This document shows, piece by piece, positions 11,044 through 24,439 of a stretch of 64,000 nucleotides of DNA. The stretch is taken from positions 9,548,001-9,612,000 of the forward strand of contig JBNRSN020000010.1 of NCBI GenBank assembly GCA_051313645.2, in the 5' to 3' direction. Each line of letters begins with the position of its first letter. The first letter of the stretch is position 1. Under the pieces are notes generated by a model. It was not told the origin of the DNA. It worked only from the letters and a program-made list of their open reading frames with translations, and made no database searches. Source of the DNA: Centroscyllium fabricii. Taxonomy: Eukaryota. Made by a program: the position numbers and the translations under genes.

Positions 11044-14000
11044 ATGGGCAATCAAATATTAGGTTGATCAAAGAGATTTTTTTGCCGTTTCTCGCGGCCG
11101 CCGCTGTCTCCGGTGAGCCTTTGTAAGCTGCGTTTTGTTAATCGGTTTTAACTCTATCCATGTACATACAAGCTCTTTGATAAACTAACGGGCTTTTCCA
11201 GATGGCAGCATTACACAGCCGGTAATGACTGGAAAGAAATCTTGAACCACTTGCCCACACCTACCGCATTCACCTTAATCGGTAACCTCTCTGATGTCAT
11301 ACTGACCTTTGAAGCTACAACACAAGGAATTTCAGCGGATTTCCGAATCGTCTTGTGCAGAGTTAGCGCTGCAGGAGTTCATTAAAGTTTATGGGCGGAT
11401 TCCCAGATTATTGGTCCAACATTAATCCTGTTCTGACTGCTCCGTATTGATACTCACACTGACTGAGTAAAATGCTCTCAACAGGTATCTCCGTATATAT
11501 TTCATCAGACGCTGAACATTATTCCTCTCCTCTCGCTCTCTTACAGAGAATTTGTGACAATTGTGATGCTCCCGGGGAAAAGGTGGCATTTCCAAGTGTA
11601 TTTCTTTCTCCATGGTTGCCATGGCTAAAGCAGATCTGCTGGTCATGATCTTCAATTTAATAGTCTATAACATTTTCAGTAATCACTTTTCACTGTTGCT
11701 CCTGTGCCACACTCCCGTGTCTAATTTATTTTTCGACGTGGCTGTTGTCACCATCGATTACAATGCTTGGCTCACCGTCTTCTTCACATGTTCCCGATGT
11801 GTTGTTATCTGCTGCCAGAGGTTTAATACAAAGTATTGCACCGAGAGAAATGCGGCCGTGATTACGACAACTTTCACTGTCCTAGTCGTTTTAAGGTGCA
11901 TCTCCATGTTGTTTGTTTTGAAGCTGGACAAATATTTAACAAGGTGCAGTGGGGTTGCGGGAACAGTATTGCTTTTGTTGACTCATCTCTTGGCGTTGCC
12001 TACCTCTGGTTTCACTGCGCCTGGTCATTTATGTTATGGCAAGCAGAGACCACAGGGGGCTCCGCGGACATACGATTCAAAATCAGAGAGAGCCAGAGAT
12101 TCAGAACTGAAAAAAAGTCAACAACTTCACTGTCCATCAGTAACGGGCAGTATTATATTGCTATGGCTGACAACTGCCATGAGTTTGTCAACTACCAGAC
12201 TGACAAAGCCCACTCGTTACCGAGTTGACTGCACATAACCTGCAGTCAACCGGAAGCGAAGAGGACTGCCTTCCATATTAAAAGTGAGTTATCAGGTGAC
12301 TGACGAGTTCAATGCCGGATCTGCAGTCTCTGTCATAGGTTCGGGCAGACGTTGGTTGAAGGGGTGGTTGGTGGGCAGGTTGATTTAACGGGCGCTCGAT
12401 TCGCTGTTTGTACTATGCTTCTGCTCGCTCCCGGCGAAGAGACGCGAGGTGTTCAGCACCTTCATAGAAACATAGAAGATAGGAGCAGGAGTTGGCCATT
12501 CGGCCCTTCGAGCCTGCTCCGCCATTCAATTAGATCATGGCTGGTCTTTCAGATTCAGTACCATCTCCTAGCCTTCTCCCCATATCCCTTGATCCCTGCA
12601 GCCTGAAGAAATATATCCAACTGTTCCTTGAATATATTTAATGAACCGGCGGCCGCCCCCCGCCCCCCCACCCTTGCTGGCATAGAATTCCACAGGTTCA
12701 CCACTCTCTGTCTGAAGAGATTCCCAATCATCTCAGTCCCAAATGGCTTTCCACATATCCTTAGACTATGGCCACTGGTTCTGGAGTCCCCTTTCATCGG
12801 TTACATCCTTCCTGCATCCAGTCTGTCCAGGACTGACAGGATTTTATAGGTTTAGATGAGATCACCTCTTAATCGTCTGAATTCCACCGAGTGTACGCCC
12901 AATCGAATTAATCTCTCCTCATACGTCATTCGTGCCATCCCAGGTATCAGTCTGGTGAATCTACCCTGCTCTCTGAATTTCAATGGCAAGAACCTCTTTC
13001 CTCAGATGAGGCGACAAACACTGCACACAATACCCCAGGTGTGGCCTCCCCAATGTCCCGTAGAGCTGCAGCAAGATATCCTTGTCCTTGTAGTTGAAAC
13101 CTCTTGCTACGAGGTTCAACATACCATTTGCCTTCTTAACCGCCTGTTGCACCTACATGCTTAACTGCAGTGACTGGAGCACAAGAACAACCAGGTCTCT
13201 TTGCACTTCCCCATCTGCCAATATATTGCAATTCAAATAATAAACTGCCCTCCTGTTTTTGCAACCAAAGTTGATAAACTCTCATTCCTCCACATTATAG
13301 TGCATTTGCTATGTGTCTGCCCATAACCTGAGGAACAACGTTAGTCTCCACTTCGAGAGGCAACGATTAATAAAGGTTAGTCAGCATGGTTTCATCAAGG
13401 GAATATCGTGTCTGAATAACTTGATTTAATTTTTTGAAGTGGTGACCAGGTGTGTGGAAGGGGGTAGTGCAGTGGACGTGGTATACATGGATTTTACTAA
13501 TGCGTTTGATAAAATCCCGCATAGGGGTCTGGTAAAGCAGGTAAGAGCCCATGGGATCCAGGGCACCTTGGCAAAGTTGATCCAAAACTGGCTTAGTGAC
13601 AGGAGGCAGAGTGTGTTGTTCGAAGGTTGTATTTGTGACTAGAAGCTTGTGGCCTGTGCGGTACCGCAGGGATCGGTGTTGGGTCCCTTCCTGTTTGTAG
13701 TCTATATTAACGATTTAGATATTAATGTAAAAGGCATGGTCAGTAAGTTTGCAGATGACACAAAATTTGAGAGGTTGGTAAATATTTAGGAGGAAATCCG
13801 CAACATGCAGGACGAAATAGATGGGTTGGTCAGATGGGCGGAACAGTGGCAAATGGAATTTAATCTTGAAAAGTGTGAGGTGATGCATTTCGGTAGGTCT
13901 AACATGGCAAGGGAATAAACCATGAATGGTAGGTCGCTGGAGAAGGCAGAGGATCAGAGGAAACTTGGAGTGCAGGTACATAGGTAACTGAAGGCAGCAG

Positions 14001-16098
14001 AGCATGTGGACAAGGTGGTTAAAAAGGCATATGGGATACTTGCCTTCATGGTGGCACAGAATATAAGAGCAGGGAATATATGATGGAGCTGTACAAAACG
14101 CTGGTAAGACCAGAGCTGGAGTACTGTCTGCAGTTCTGGTTGCCACACTATAGGAAGGATGTAATAACTTTGGAGGTGGTGCAGCGAGGATTCACCAGGA
14201 CGCTGCCTGTGCTGGGGAGCGTCAGCTGTGAAGAGTGAGTGGAAAGGCTATGGTTGTTTCCCGTGGAGCAAAGGAGGCTGAGTGGGGACCTGATTGATGT
14301 TTACAAAATCATGAGGGGAATAGATAATTTGGGTGAGTGGAACTTTATCCCTTCTTTGAGGGGTCAATAACTAGGGGGCATAATTTTAGCGTAAAGGGCA
14401 GGAGGTATCGCGGGGAAGTGAGGAATTACTTTTTCGCCAGAGGGTGTGTGGAATCTGGAACTCACTGCCTGAGAGGGTGCTAGAGGCGGCACCCCTCACA
14501 GCACACAAAAAGCATTTGGATGAGCACCTGAAATGCCACAGCATACAAGGCTACGGAGCAAATGCGGGAAAATGGGATTAGTATAGACTGGGATTGATGG
14601 GCGGCATGGACGCGATAGGCCGAAGAGCCTCTTTCTAGAACATAAGAACATAAGAAATAGGAGCAGGAGTAGGCCAATCGGCCCATCGAGCCTGCTCCGC
14701 CATTCAACAAGATCATGGCTGATCTGATCCTGCCATCAATTTTATTTTTACTCTCCACCCCGCCCAGACCAATGTGATCACCTGGGAGAGGTGAAAAACC
14801 AGATTTTAAAAAAAAGTAGCCAATTTTGGAGAAAATAAATAAATCAGGAAAATTCCTCTCCGACCCATCTAGGCGATCGAAAACTGGTCCAGGTGATCAC
14901 ATGGCCGATCTGAACCTAGCCTCAAGTCCACTTACCAGCCCGTTCAGCATAACCCCTAATTCCCATTAATTCCAGGAAACTGTCTATCTCAGTTTTAAAT
15001 TTATTCAACGTAGTAGCTTCTACAGCTCTCTGGGGCAGCAAATTCCACAGCCGCATCACGCTCTGAGTAAACAAGTTCCCCCTCATCTCAGTTTTGAAAT
15101 GGGAGCCCCTTATTTTAAGATTATGCCCCCTAGTCCTAGTCTCACCCACCATTGGGAACATCCTCACCGCATCCACCCGATCAAGCCCTCTCACAATCTT
15201 ATATATTTCAATAAGATCGCCTCTCATTCTTCTGACCACCAATGAGTAGAGGCCCAATCCACTCAACCTCTCGTCATATGTTAGCCCCCTCATCCCCGGA
15301 ATTAACCTAGTGAATCTTCTCTGCACTGCCTCGAGAGCAAGTATCTCCTTTCTTAAATAGGGACACCAGAACTGCACGCAGTATTCCAGGTGTGGTCTCA
15401 CCAATACCTTGTACAACTGCAGCAAGACCTCCCTGCTTTTATACTCAAACCCCTAGCAATAAAAGCCAACATTCCGTTGGCCTTCCATACCCCCTGCTGC
15501 ATCTGCATATTAACTTTCTGTGTCCCCTGCACCAGGACCCCCAGATCCCTTTGCACTGAAGTACTTTCCAGTTCCTTTCCATTTAGATAATAACTCGCTC
15601 TATTATTTTTCCTGCCGAAGAGCATAACTTCACATTTTCCAGTATTATACTCCATCTGCCAATTCTCTGCCCACTCACTTAGCCTATCTATGTCCTTTTG
15701 CAGGTTTTTAATGTCCTCCTCATTCATCACCCTCCCTCCCATTTTGTGTCATCCGCAAACTTTGATATGTTGCACTTGGTCACTTCTTCCAAATCGTTAA
15801 TATAGATTGTAAAGATTTGAGGTCCCAGCACCGACCCTTGCGGAACACCACTAGTGACTGACTGCCAGTCTGAGAACGAGCCATTTATCCAAACTATCTG
15901 TTTTCTGTTCGAAAGCCAATCCTCCACCCATGCCAGAATATTACCCCCAACCCCGTGATTATTTATCAGGAGTAATAATCTTCTGTGGGGCACCTTGTCA
16001 AAAGCCTTTTGGAAGTCCAAATACACCACATCCACTGATTCCCCTTTAGCCACCCTATATGTTATGTCCTCAAAGAACTCTAGCAAATTTGTCAAACA

Positions 16099-16293
16099 CA
16101 GTTCATTAAACATATTCAAGAGGGAATTGGATGTATTTCTTCAAGCTAAAGGGATTAAGGGTTATGGAGAAAAGGCGGGGACGGGGTACTAGCTTGCTAA
16201 AGATCAGCCATGATCTCATTGAATGGCGGAGCAGGCTCGAAGGGCTGAATGGCCTACTCCTGCTCCTATCTTCTATGATTCTATGATTCTATG
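16099..16293 (+). mobile_element. HER1 3' fragment nested in the CR1 RT region
   Basis: Interrupts gtcaaaca|tgacttccc and ends in (attctatg)n with atga microhomology. Confidence 0.9.
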
Positions 16294-19200
16294 ACTTCCC
16301 CTTTGTAAAACCATGCTGACTTTGTCCTATTAAATGTTGTTTATTCAAATGCCCTGTTACTGTTTCCTTAATAATAGATTCTAACATTTTGCCAACCACA
16401 GATGTTAGGCTAACTGGTCTATAATTTCCAGCCTTCTGTCTATTACCCTTTTTAAATATGGGCGTTACGTTAGCAGTTTTCCAATCTGACGGAACCTTTG
16501 CCGAGTCCAGTTAGTTTTGAAAAATGATTACCAACGCATCCACAATCCCTACCGCCACTTCCTTCAAGACCCTATGATGTAAGCCATCAGGTCCAGGGGA
16601 TTTATCCTCCTTAAGTCCCATAATTTTCCCAAGTACCACCTCCTTAGTGAGTTTAAACGTAAGTAGCTCCTCCCCCCCAAGAGCCACCTGTTTATCCAAT
16701 GATGGGATATTTTGAGTGTCCTCTACTGTAAAGACGGATACAAAATATTTGTTCAGCGCTTTTGCCATCTCCATGTCTCCTACCATTAATTTCCCGGTCT
16801 CATCCTCTAAAGGACCAACATTTACTTTAGCCACCCTTTTTCTTTTTATGTAACTATAGAAACTCTTGCTATCTGTTTTTATATTTTTTGCTAACTTACT
16901 TTCATTATCTATCTTCCCTTTCCTAATCAATCTTGTTGTTATCTTTTGCTGACATTTAAAAAGCTTCCCTATCTTCTATCTTCCCACTAGATTTAGCTAC
17001 CTTATATAACCTTGTTTTTAGTCGGATACTCTCCTTTATTACTTTACTTAGCCACGGATAGTTGTTTTTAATTTTACACCCCTTTTTCCTCAGTGGAATA
17101 TATTTATCTTGAAAGTTATAAAATAACTCCTTGAATACACACCATTGATCATGTACCGTCTTACTCTTTAATCTGTTTCCCCAGTCCACCTTAATCAATT
17201 CTGCTCTCATACCATCATAGTCTCCTTTATTTAAGCTCAGTACCTTTGTTTGAGATCCGACCCTCTCACCCTCTAATTGAATTTGGAATTCGACCATGTT
17301 ATGGTCACTCTTTCCAAGGGGTTCCTTTACTAGGACATTTTTAATTAATCATGTCTCATTACATAGGACCAGATCTAAGATTGCTTGCTCCCTGGTCGGT
17401 TCAGTTACGTGCTGTTCAAGGAACCCATCCCTAATACACTCAATGAACTCTTCCTCAAGGCTGCCCTGTCCAACTTGATTAGTCCAGTCAATATGAAAGT
17501 TAAAATCTCCCATAATTATAGCTGTTCCCTTATTACAAGCCCCAATGATTTCCTGATTTATACTCCGACCAACTGTGTTACAACTGTCTGGAGGCCTATA
17601 GACTAAGCCCACTAGTGTTCTTTTCCCTTTATTATTTATTTTTTCCACCCAAACTGTTTCACCATCTTGATGCTCTGAACCAATATCATTCCGCTGTATT
17701 GCCGTGATACCTTGCCTTACTAACATAGCCAAATCACCTCCCCTTCCTTCCCGCCTGTCCCTCCTAATCGTTAAATACCCTTGTATGTTTAATTCCCAGT
17801 CCTGGTCACCCTGTAGCCATGTCTCCGTAATTGCCACAAGATCATACCCATATGTAACTATTTGTGCCGTCAGCTCGTCCATTTTATTACGAATACTACG
17901 TGCATTCAAATAGAGGACTTTCAAATATGTCTGACTCTTCATTCCTGCTTTTTCCCTTTTTTCAACTTTAGCATTATCTCCATACATTCTTTCCTTTCCT
18001 GACACACTCTGTCTTTTAATTGCCCCGTTGTTACCTATGTCCATTACCTTCTCCAGTGTCATTTTATTTATTTGCTCTCTAGAAACCTCCCTGCCACTAA
18101 TTAGATTTAAAGCCCTCTCTACAGCCCTAGTTATACGATTCTCCAGGACACTGGTCCCAGCCCGGTTCAGGTGAAGCCTGTCCCGCCGAAACAGTTCTCC
18201 CCTGTCCCAGTACTGCTGCCAGTGTCCCAAGAAGCAAAACCCAATTCTCCCACATCAGTCTTTGAGCCACGCATTTAACTACCTAATTTTGTTTACCCTA
18301 GCCAAATTCGCTCGTGGCTCAGTTAGTAACCCAGAGATTATTACACTTGAGGTTCTGTTTTTTAGTTTGACCGCTAGCTGCTCATACTCCTGTAACAGAA
18401 CCTTCTTCCTTGTCTTATCTATGTCGTTGGTACCAACATGTACCAGGACAAGTTGTTCCTCCCCTTCCCACTGCAAGTTTCACTCCAGTCCAGAAGAGAT
18501 GTCCTTAACCCTTGCACCAGGCAGGCAACACAGCCTTCGGGACTCCCGCTCTCGGTTGCAGAGAACCCTATCTATCCCCTTGATGATACTGTACCCTACC
18601 ACTACAACATTTCTATTAACTCCCCCCTCTTGAATGGCCCTCTGCTCCACGGTGATGTGGCCAGGTTGCTCATCCTCTCCACAGTCCCCGCTCCCGCCCT
18701 CACAGGGAGTAAGAGCCTCAAACCTGTTGGACAAGAGCAAGGTCTGCGGCTCCTCCAACACTGCCTCCTTGATTCCCGTACTTGCCTCATTTATAGTCAC
18801 ACCATCCTGTCCCTGGCCATGATCTACATTTAACTTAATTAATCTATTTGGTGTGGCTGTTTCCTGCAACATAAAGTCCAGGTATTTCTCCCCTTCCCTG
18901 ATGTGTCGCAGTGTTTGAAGCTCAGAATGTAGCTCATCAACACGAAGCCGGAATTCCTAGAGCAACAAACACTTGCTGCAAATGTAGTCACCGCGAGCAT
19001 CAATGGTGTCCACGGACTCCCACATCTCACAGCAGTAACACATCACCTGCACACCCATTCTATATATTTAATTATACTTATTAATTATACCCAATATACT
19101 AAATATCACGCTAATAAAGAGCACTTTCAACCTATGAGGTATAAAGAGTAAAAGGGAAGCAACAGTACTTACCAACAAGCTGATTTACCAACCTTCTTCT

Positions 19201-20015
19201 GATTTACCCTCCGATATTTTTCCCCGGCGCCAGCCGAACCTAATAGTTTGGACAGAAGCAAAGACAGAGAAGCACCTCCCTCACCTCCCACTTGCCCGAA
19301 CTCTCGCACTAACCAAACTCTCGTTAGCACTCGATGCCCTCCGCACACTGTGCACGCCGCACTAAGCCCCGCCCCTTGTATAATCGTGCTTCAACTTCCT
19401 GTTTTGATTCAAAATACCTTCCACTGATTAAATTTATGATATTTTAACTTACCCTATTAAATAAATAAAATAGTTAAATTAAATAAACTTTTGTAAGCCT
19501 TTCACCAATTCACCACTTTCAAATCTCAGCTCAAATAACAAAGCACTTTTCAAATAAGCCCCGCCCCTTTTATAATCGTGCTTCAACTTCCGGTTTTGAT
19601 TCAAAATACCTTCCACTGATTAAATTTATTATATTTTTCACTTACTCTCTTAAATAAATAAAATAATTAAATTAAATATACTTTTGTAAGCCTTTCACCA
19701 ATTCACCACTTTCAAATCTCAGCTTAAAAAACAAAGCACATTTCAAATAAGCCCCGCCCCTTTTATAATCGCGCTTCAACTTCCGGTTTTGATTCAAAAT
19801 ACCTTCCACTGATTAAATTTATTATATTTTTAACTTACTCTCTTAAATAAATAAAATAATTAAATTAAATATACTTTTGTAAGCCTTTCACCAATTCACC
19901 ACTTTCAAATCTCAGCTCAAAAAACAAAGCACTTTTCAAAAAAGCCCCGCCCCTTTTATAATCGTGCTTCAACTTCCGGTTTTGATTCAAAATACCTTCC
20001 ACTGGTTAAATTTAT

Positions 20016-23000
20016 TGTGGCGGCACGCCCACTGGGACATCAAATCCACCATGGGGACTCCGCGGAACAAAGCTCCGCTCATCCGGGTGACGCAACAACG
20101 TCACCACGTCGGCCGACGCGATGACGTCACCACCTGCGCGACCGTTTAAATATGCCTGTCTCGAGTGGTTCACACTATTTCTTGTTTTGTACTAGTTGAT
20201 TAAAGCTGTGTATTCTCTAGCTCTGGCTCACGTGTGGTTCGTAGGCCTGCCGACGCTACAGTGGTGAATCCAAACTGGAACGACTTCGAGAGAAGAAAAG
20301 CTGCCGCAGGATCTGGGACCACCAGCCAAAGACTTTAATCAGAAAACATGGTAAACCCAAGAAACCAAGCTGCACGAACGCAGGGAGCTGGACAGAACGC
20401 CGGACGTGGACTAACTCTACCCGAGTTCTGGGAGCACCGGCCAGCGGCCTGGTTTGTCTGCCTTGAGGCCAGCTGCTGCACACATGGCATCCAAGGGGGC
20501 GAGCGCTACGACCTCGTGTTCTCAGCCCTAACACAGACGACGATTGATCGGATGTGGTCAAAAATACAGCGCGTGCCCGTCGCAGGCAGGTATGAAACGC
20601 TTAAGGCCACGTTTATCAAAAGATTTACCCCCTCCCAATTTGAGCGCGACTGCCAGCTCCTCGACCTCCCTGAACTCGGGGACGCAGACCCATCAGAACT
20701 CTTAGGTCAGATGCAAGCGCTCACACCCAACTCGGCCTCCCTTTTCCGCACCGTCTTCCTCCTCAAACTGTCCCACGCCATCAGACCGGCCTTGGCGGCC
20801 CTTGGCCACCGGAGTGATGAGGAGCTCGGAGAGGAGGCCGACAGGCTCATGGAGGCGCAGCGCACCCGCTCAACCATGTCCGACTCTAACTCCGCATCGG
20901 TAGCGCGCAGCCAATCACCCCCCAGGCACAACTTTACACCTGAACCTAGGGCCCCGTGCCCGCCCAGACAACCGCGTCCCTCTAGCACCGGCTGGTGCTA
21001 CTACCACACGCGGTTCGAACACAAAGCACACCGCTGTGTCCAGCCATGCGCGTTTAAGCCACGGCCCAACTCAGCCCCCACCATTTCTGTAGGCAACACA
21101 GGAGCACTGCTCTTCGCCACAGACAGCGGCACAGGCCTCAGGTTCCTCTGCGACACAGGCGCACAGCACAGCATTGTGCCAGCCTCCCCCGCAGAAACCA
21201 AACAAGGCACTCGGGGCCCGCCACTAGCGGCAGCCAACGGCTCTAATATAAAAATGTACGGCACCCGCAAGCTAAATATAACCCTTGCTAGCCACGCGTA
21301 CACCTGGGATTTTGTAACGGCCCAGGTCACTTCACCCCTCCATGGGGCAGACTTCCTCTGCGCCTGCGGCCTACTGGTCGATGTAACTCGGCGCCGCTTG
21401 GTAAATTTAAATACCATGACGACCATCCCATGCTCCACAGGGCCCGCACTCCTGGCCCACGCGGCAGCCCAATGCCGCTCCAGGGGCTCCGATGCCTACG
21501 GCACGCTCCTGGCATAGTTCCCCGCCCTAACCAAGGCCAAACACGGGGTGGAACATTTTATTACTACCACAGGCCCGCCCGTCCATGCCCACGCCCGTAG
21601 GCTCGACCCGGCCAAGCAGGAGATCGCGTGCACCGAGTTCCGCATCATGGAGCAACTCGGTATAATCCGCCACTCCAGCAGCCCCTGGTCGTCTCCGCTC
21701 CATATAGCCCCAAGCCCGACGGAGGCTGGCACCCCTGCGGCGACTACCGCCGCCTTAATAACGCCACTTCCCCGGATAGGTACCCCGTAACCCACATCCA
21801 GGATTTTTCCGCCAGATTAGCGGGTTGTACGATCTTTTCTAAGATCGACCTGGTGCGTGGCTACCACCAGGTTCCGGTGCACCCGGCGGACATTCCCAAA
21901 ACGGCTGTAATTACCCCCTTCGGACTCTTTGAGTTCCTGAGGATGCCCTTCGGCCTTAAAAACGCGGCCCAGGCCCTCAAGCGCCTCATGGACGCGGTCC
22001 TAAGGGACTTGAAGTTAATCTTCGTCTGCTTAGACGACATCCTCGTGGCCAGCACCTCCCCCCAGGAACACCTCCTGCACCTCAGGACTCTGTTCCTGTG
22101 CCTTACCGAACACGGCCTTATCTTAAGCCCCTCCAAATGCAAATTCGGCTACGAGACCATCGACTTCCTCGGCCACCGCATTTCCCAAAAAGGGGCCATA
22201 CCCCTGCCCTCTAAGTTGCAGGCGGTACAATAATTCCCCCGCCCGCACTACATTAAAGGGCCGCAGGAATTTTTAGGGATGGTTAATTTTTATAACCGCT
22301 TTGTCCCAGGAGCAGCCGCTCTCATGGCTCCCTTATACCAGGCCACCCACGGGCAGTCCAATAAGGCTGCAGTCGAGTGGAAGGCCGACGCCGCCACCGC
22401 CTTTACCGCAACCAAAACCGCCCTGGCAAAAGCCACCCTCCAAGCCCACCCTAGGCCCAACGCCAGAGTAGCCCTCACCACCGACACCTCCGACCACGCG
22501 GTCGGGCCGTATTTGAGCAGTGGACCGGCAACTCGTGGCAGCCCCTGGCCTTTTTTAGCCGGCAACTCCGGCCCCCAGAGGTTAAATACAGTGCTTTTGA
22601 TAGGGAGCTACTCGCTCTCCATCTGGCGGTGCGACATTTTAATTTCCTCTTGGAGGGCCGCCACTTCACAGCCTTCAGTGACCACAAGCCACTCACGTTC
22701 GTGATGGCTTATGTCGCTGAACCCTGGTCGGCCAGACAGCAGCGCGAACTCGCGGCCGTGTCGGAATTTACAACCGACATCCAGCACATTTCCGGCCGCG
22801 ACAACGTGGTCGCTGACTGCCTCTCACGCCCCACCAATAACACCACCGAAATGGCGGTTGATTTCGCCCAGCTGGCCGCTGACCAGCTGGCCGACCCTGA
22901 CCTACTCAACGCAGCAAATAAACTCCCCGGCCTCCACTTGGCCAATATCGTGCACGGCCCCGCTGCCACCGGCGTCTGCTGCGATGTATCCTTACCGCAA

Positions 23001-24439
23001 CCCAGGCCGGTCGTGCCCCACGCTTGGAGGCAACACATATTTAGGACCCTGCATGACCTGTCCCACCCCGGTGCCCGCGCATCCATTAAGTTAATATCGG
23101 CCCGTTTCATATGGCGCGGCCTGCGCAAGGACGTCCATGCCTGGGCCAGCTCCTGCATAGCCTGCCAGCGCTCCAAAGTGCATAAGCACATCAGGGCACC
23201 GCTGGAAAACTTTAAAGTACCGACCAGGCGTTTTGACCATGTACAATTCGATCTCGTCAGGCCACTACTGCCATCCCGGGGCCACACGCACCTAATGACC
23301 ATGGTCGACCGCAACACTCGCTGGCCAGAAGCAGTCCCCCTCACCGCCACCAGCACCACGAACTTGGCCAGGGCGTTCATCGCCAACTGGGTAGCCCGCT
23401 TCGGCGTGCCCACAGACATCACCTCCGACAGAGGACCCCAGTTAACTACGGCATTATGGGCGGCCATCGCACGCGACCTCGGGGCAACACTACAATGAAC
23501 CACTGCATACCACCCACAGGCGAATGGCCTATGCGAACGGTTCCACCGCTCGATGAAGGCATCACTACGGGCCACACTAAAAGACGCATCGTGGACTGAC
23601 CGCCTTCCATGGGTCATCCTCGGGCTGCGCTCGGCAGTCAAAGAAGACCTTAATGCCTCGGCAGCGGAGCTCATCTACGGCCAAACTTCAACGCTGCCGG
23701 GTGAGATACTGGCTGAGCCCAACGCTCCCAGGTCAGCCGACCAGTATTTAAAAGACTTTGCTAACCCGGCACGAGCTTTCAAAGCACTACCAGTGTCCCG
23801 GCACGGAGAGCCGGCAGCTCGGGTGCCGGACAACATTAAAAATGCGAAATTCGTGTTCGTCCGGCGCGACAGGCACCGATCCCCACTACAGCCACCTTAC
23901 GATGGCCCCAACAGAGTGCTCCGGGCGGGAGCAAAAGCTTTCGAATTGCAGATGGGCAACAGGACTGACACTGTACCAATAGTCCGGCTCAAGCCGGCAC
24001 ACGTCATAGCGGGCGAGACTACGGTCCCCGCACAACCACCACAACGCGGTCACCCTCCCGCAACAAAACCCGCCCACACTCCACCGCAGAACCAGAGGCT
24101 ACAAGTGACAAGGTCCGGCCGCATCATCCGGCCACCCCAACGGCACACATAGACACTGTCACTATTCCTCCCGGACGGATTCTGGGGGGAGCTGTGTGGA
24201 GGCACGCCCACTGGGACATCAAATCCGCCACGGGGACTCCGCGGAGCAAAGCTCCGCTCATCCGGTTGACGCGATGACGTCACCACGTCGGCCGACGCGA
24301 TGACATCACCAACCGTGGGACCGTTTAAATATGCCTGTCTCGAGTGGTTCACTCTCTTTCTTGTTTTGTACTAGTTGATTAAAGCTGTGTTTTCTCTAGC
24401 TCTGGCTCACGTGTGGTTCCTAGGCCTGCCGGCGCTACA
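20016..24439 (+). mobile_element. Ty3/Gypsy LTR retrotransposon (CsRn1-like), full-length
   Basis: 245-bp LTRs at 20016-20260 and 24195-24439 (TG...CA), TTAT target-site duplication, PBS-like tggtga at 20262 and PPT gggggga before the 3' LTR. Confidence 0.95.
20348..24152 (+). pseudogene. Gypsy gag-pol (gag, protease, RT, RNase H, integrase) with stops and frameshifts
   Basis: FWEHRPAAWF; CYYH..F...A..C..PC knuckle; FLCDTGA; [13 protein letters not shown]; FSDHKPL; HHCC Zn-finger; ITSDRG; QPPYDGP. Confidence 0.92.

Noticed and set aside
22709-23674. 321-aa antisense ORF
   Set aside because: Shadow of the GC-rich Gypsy integrase region, with no independent motif.
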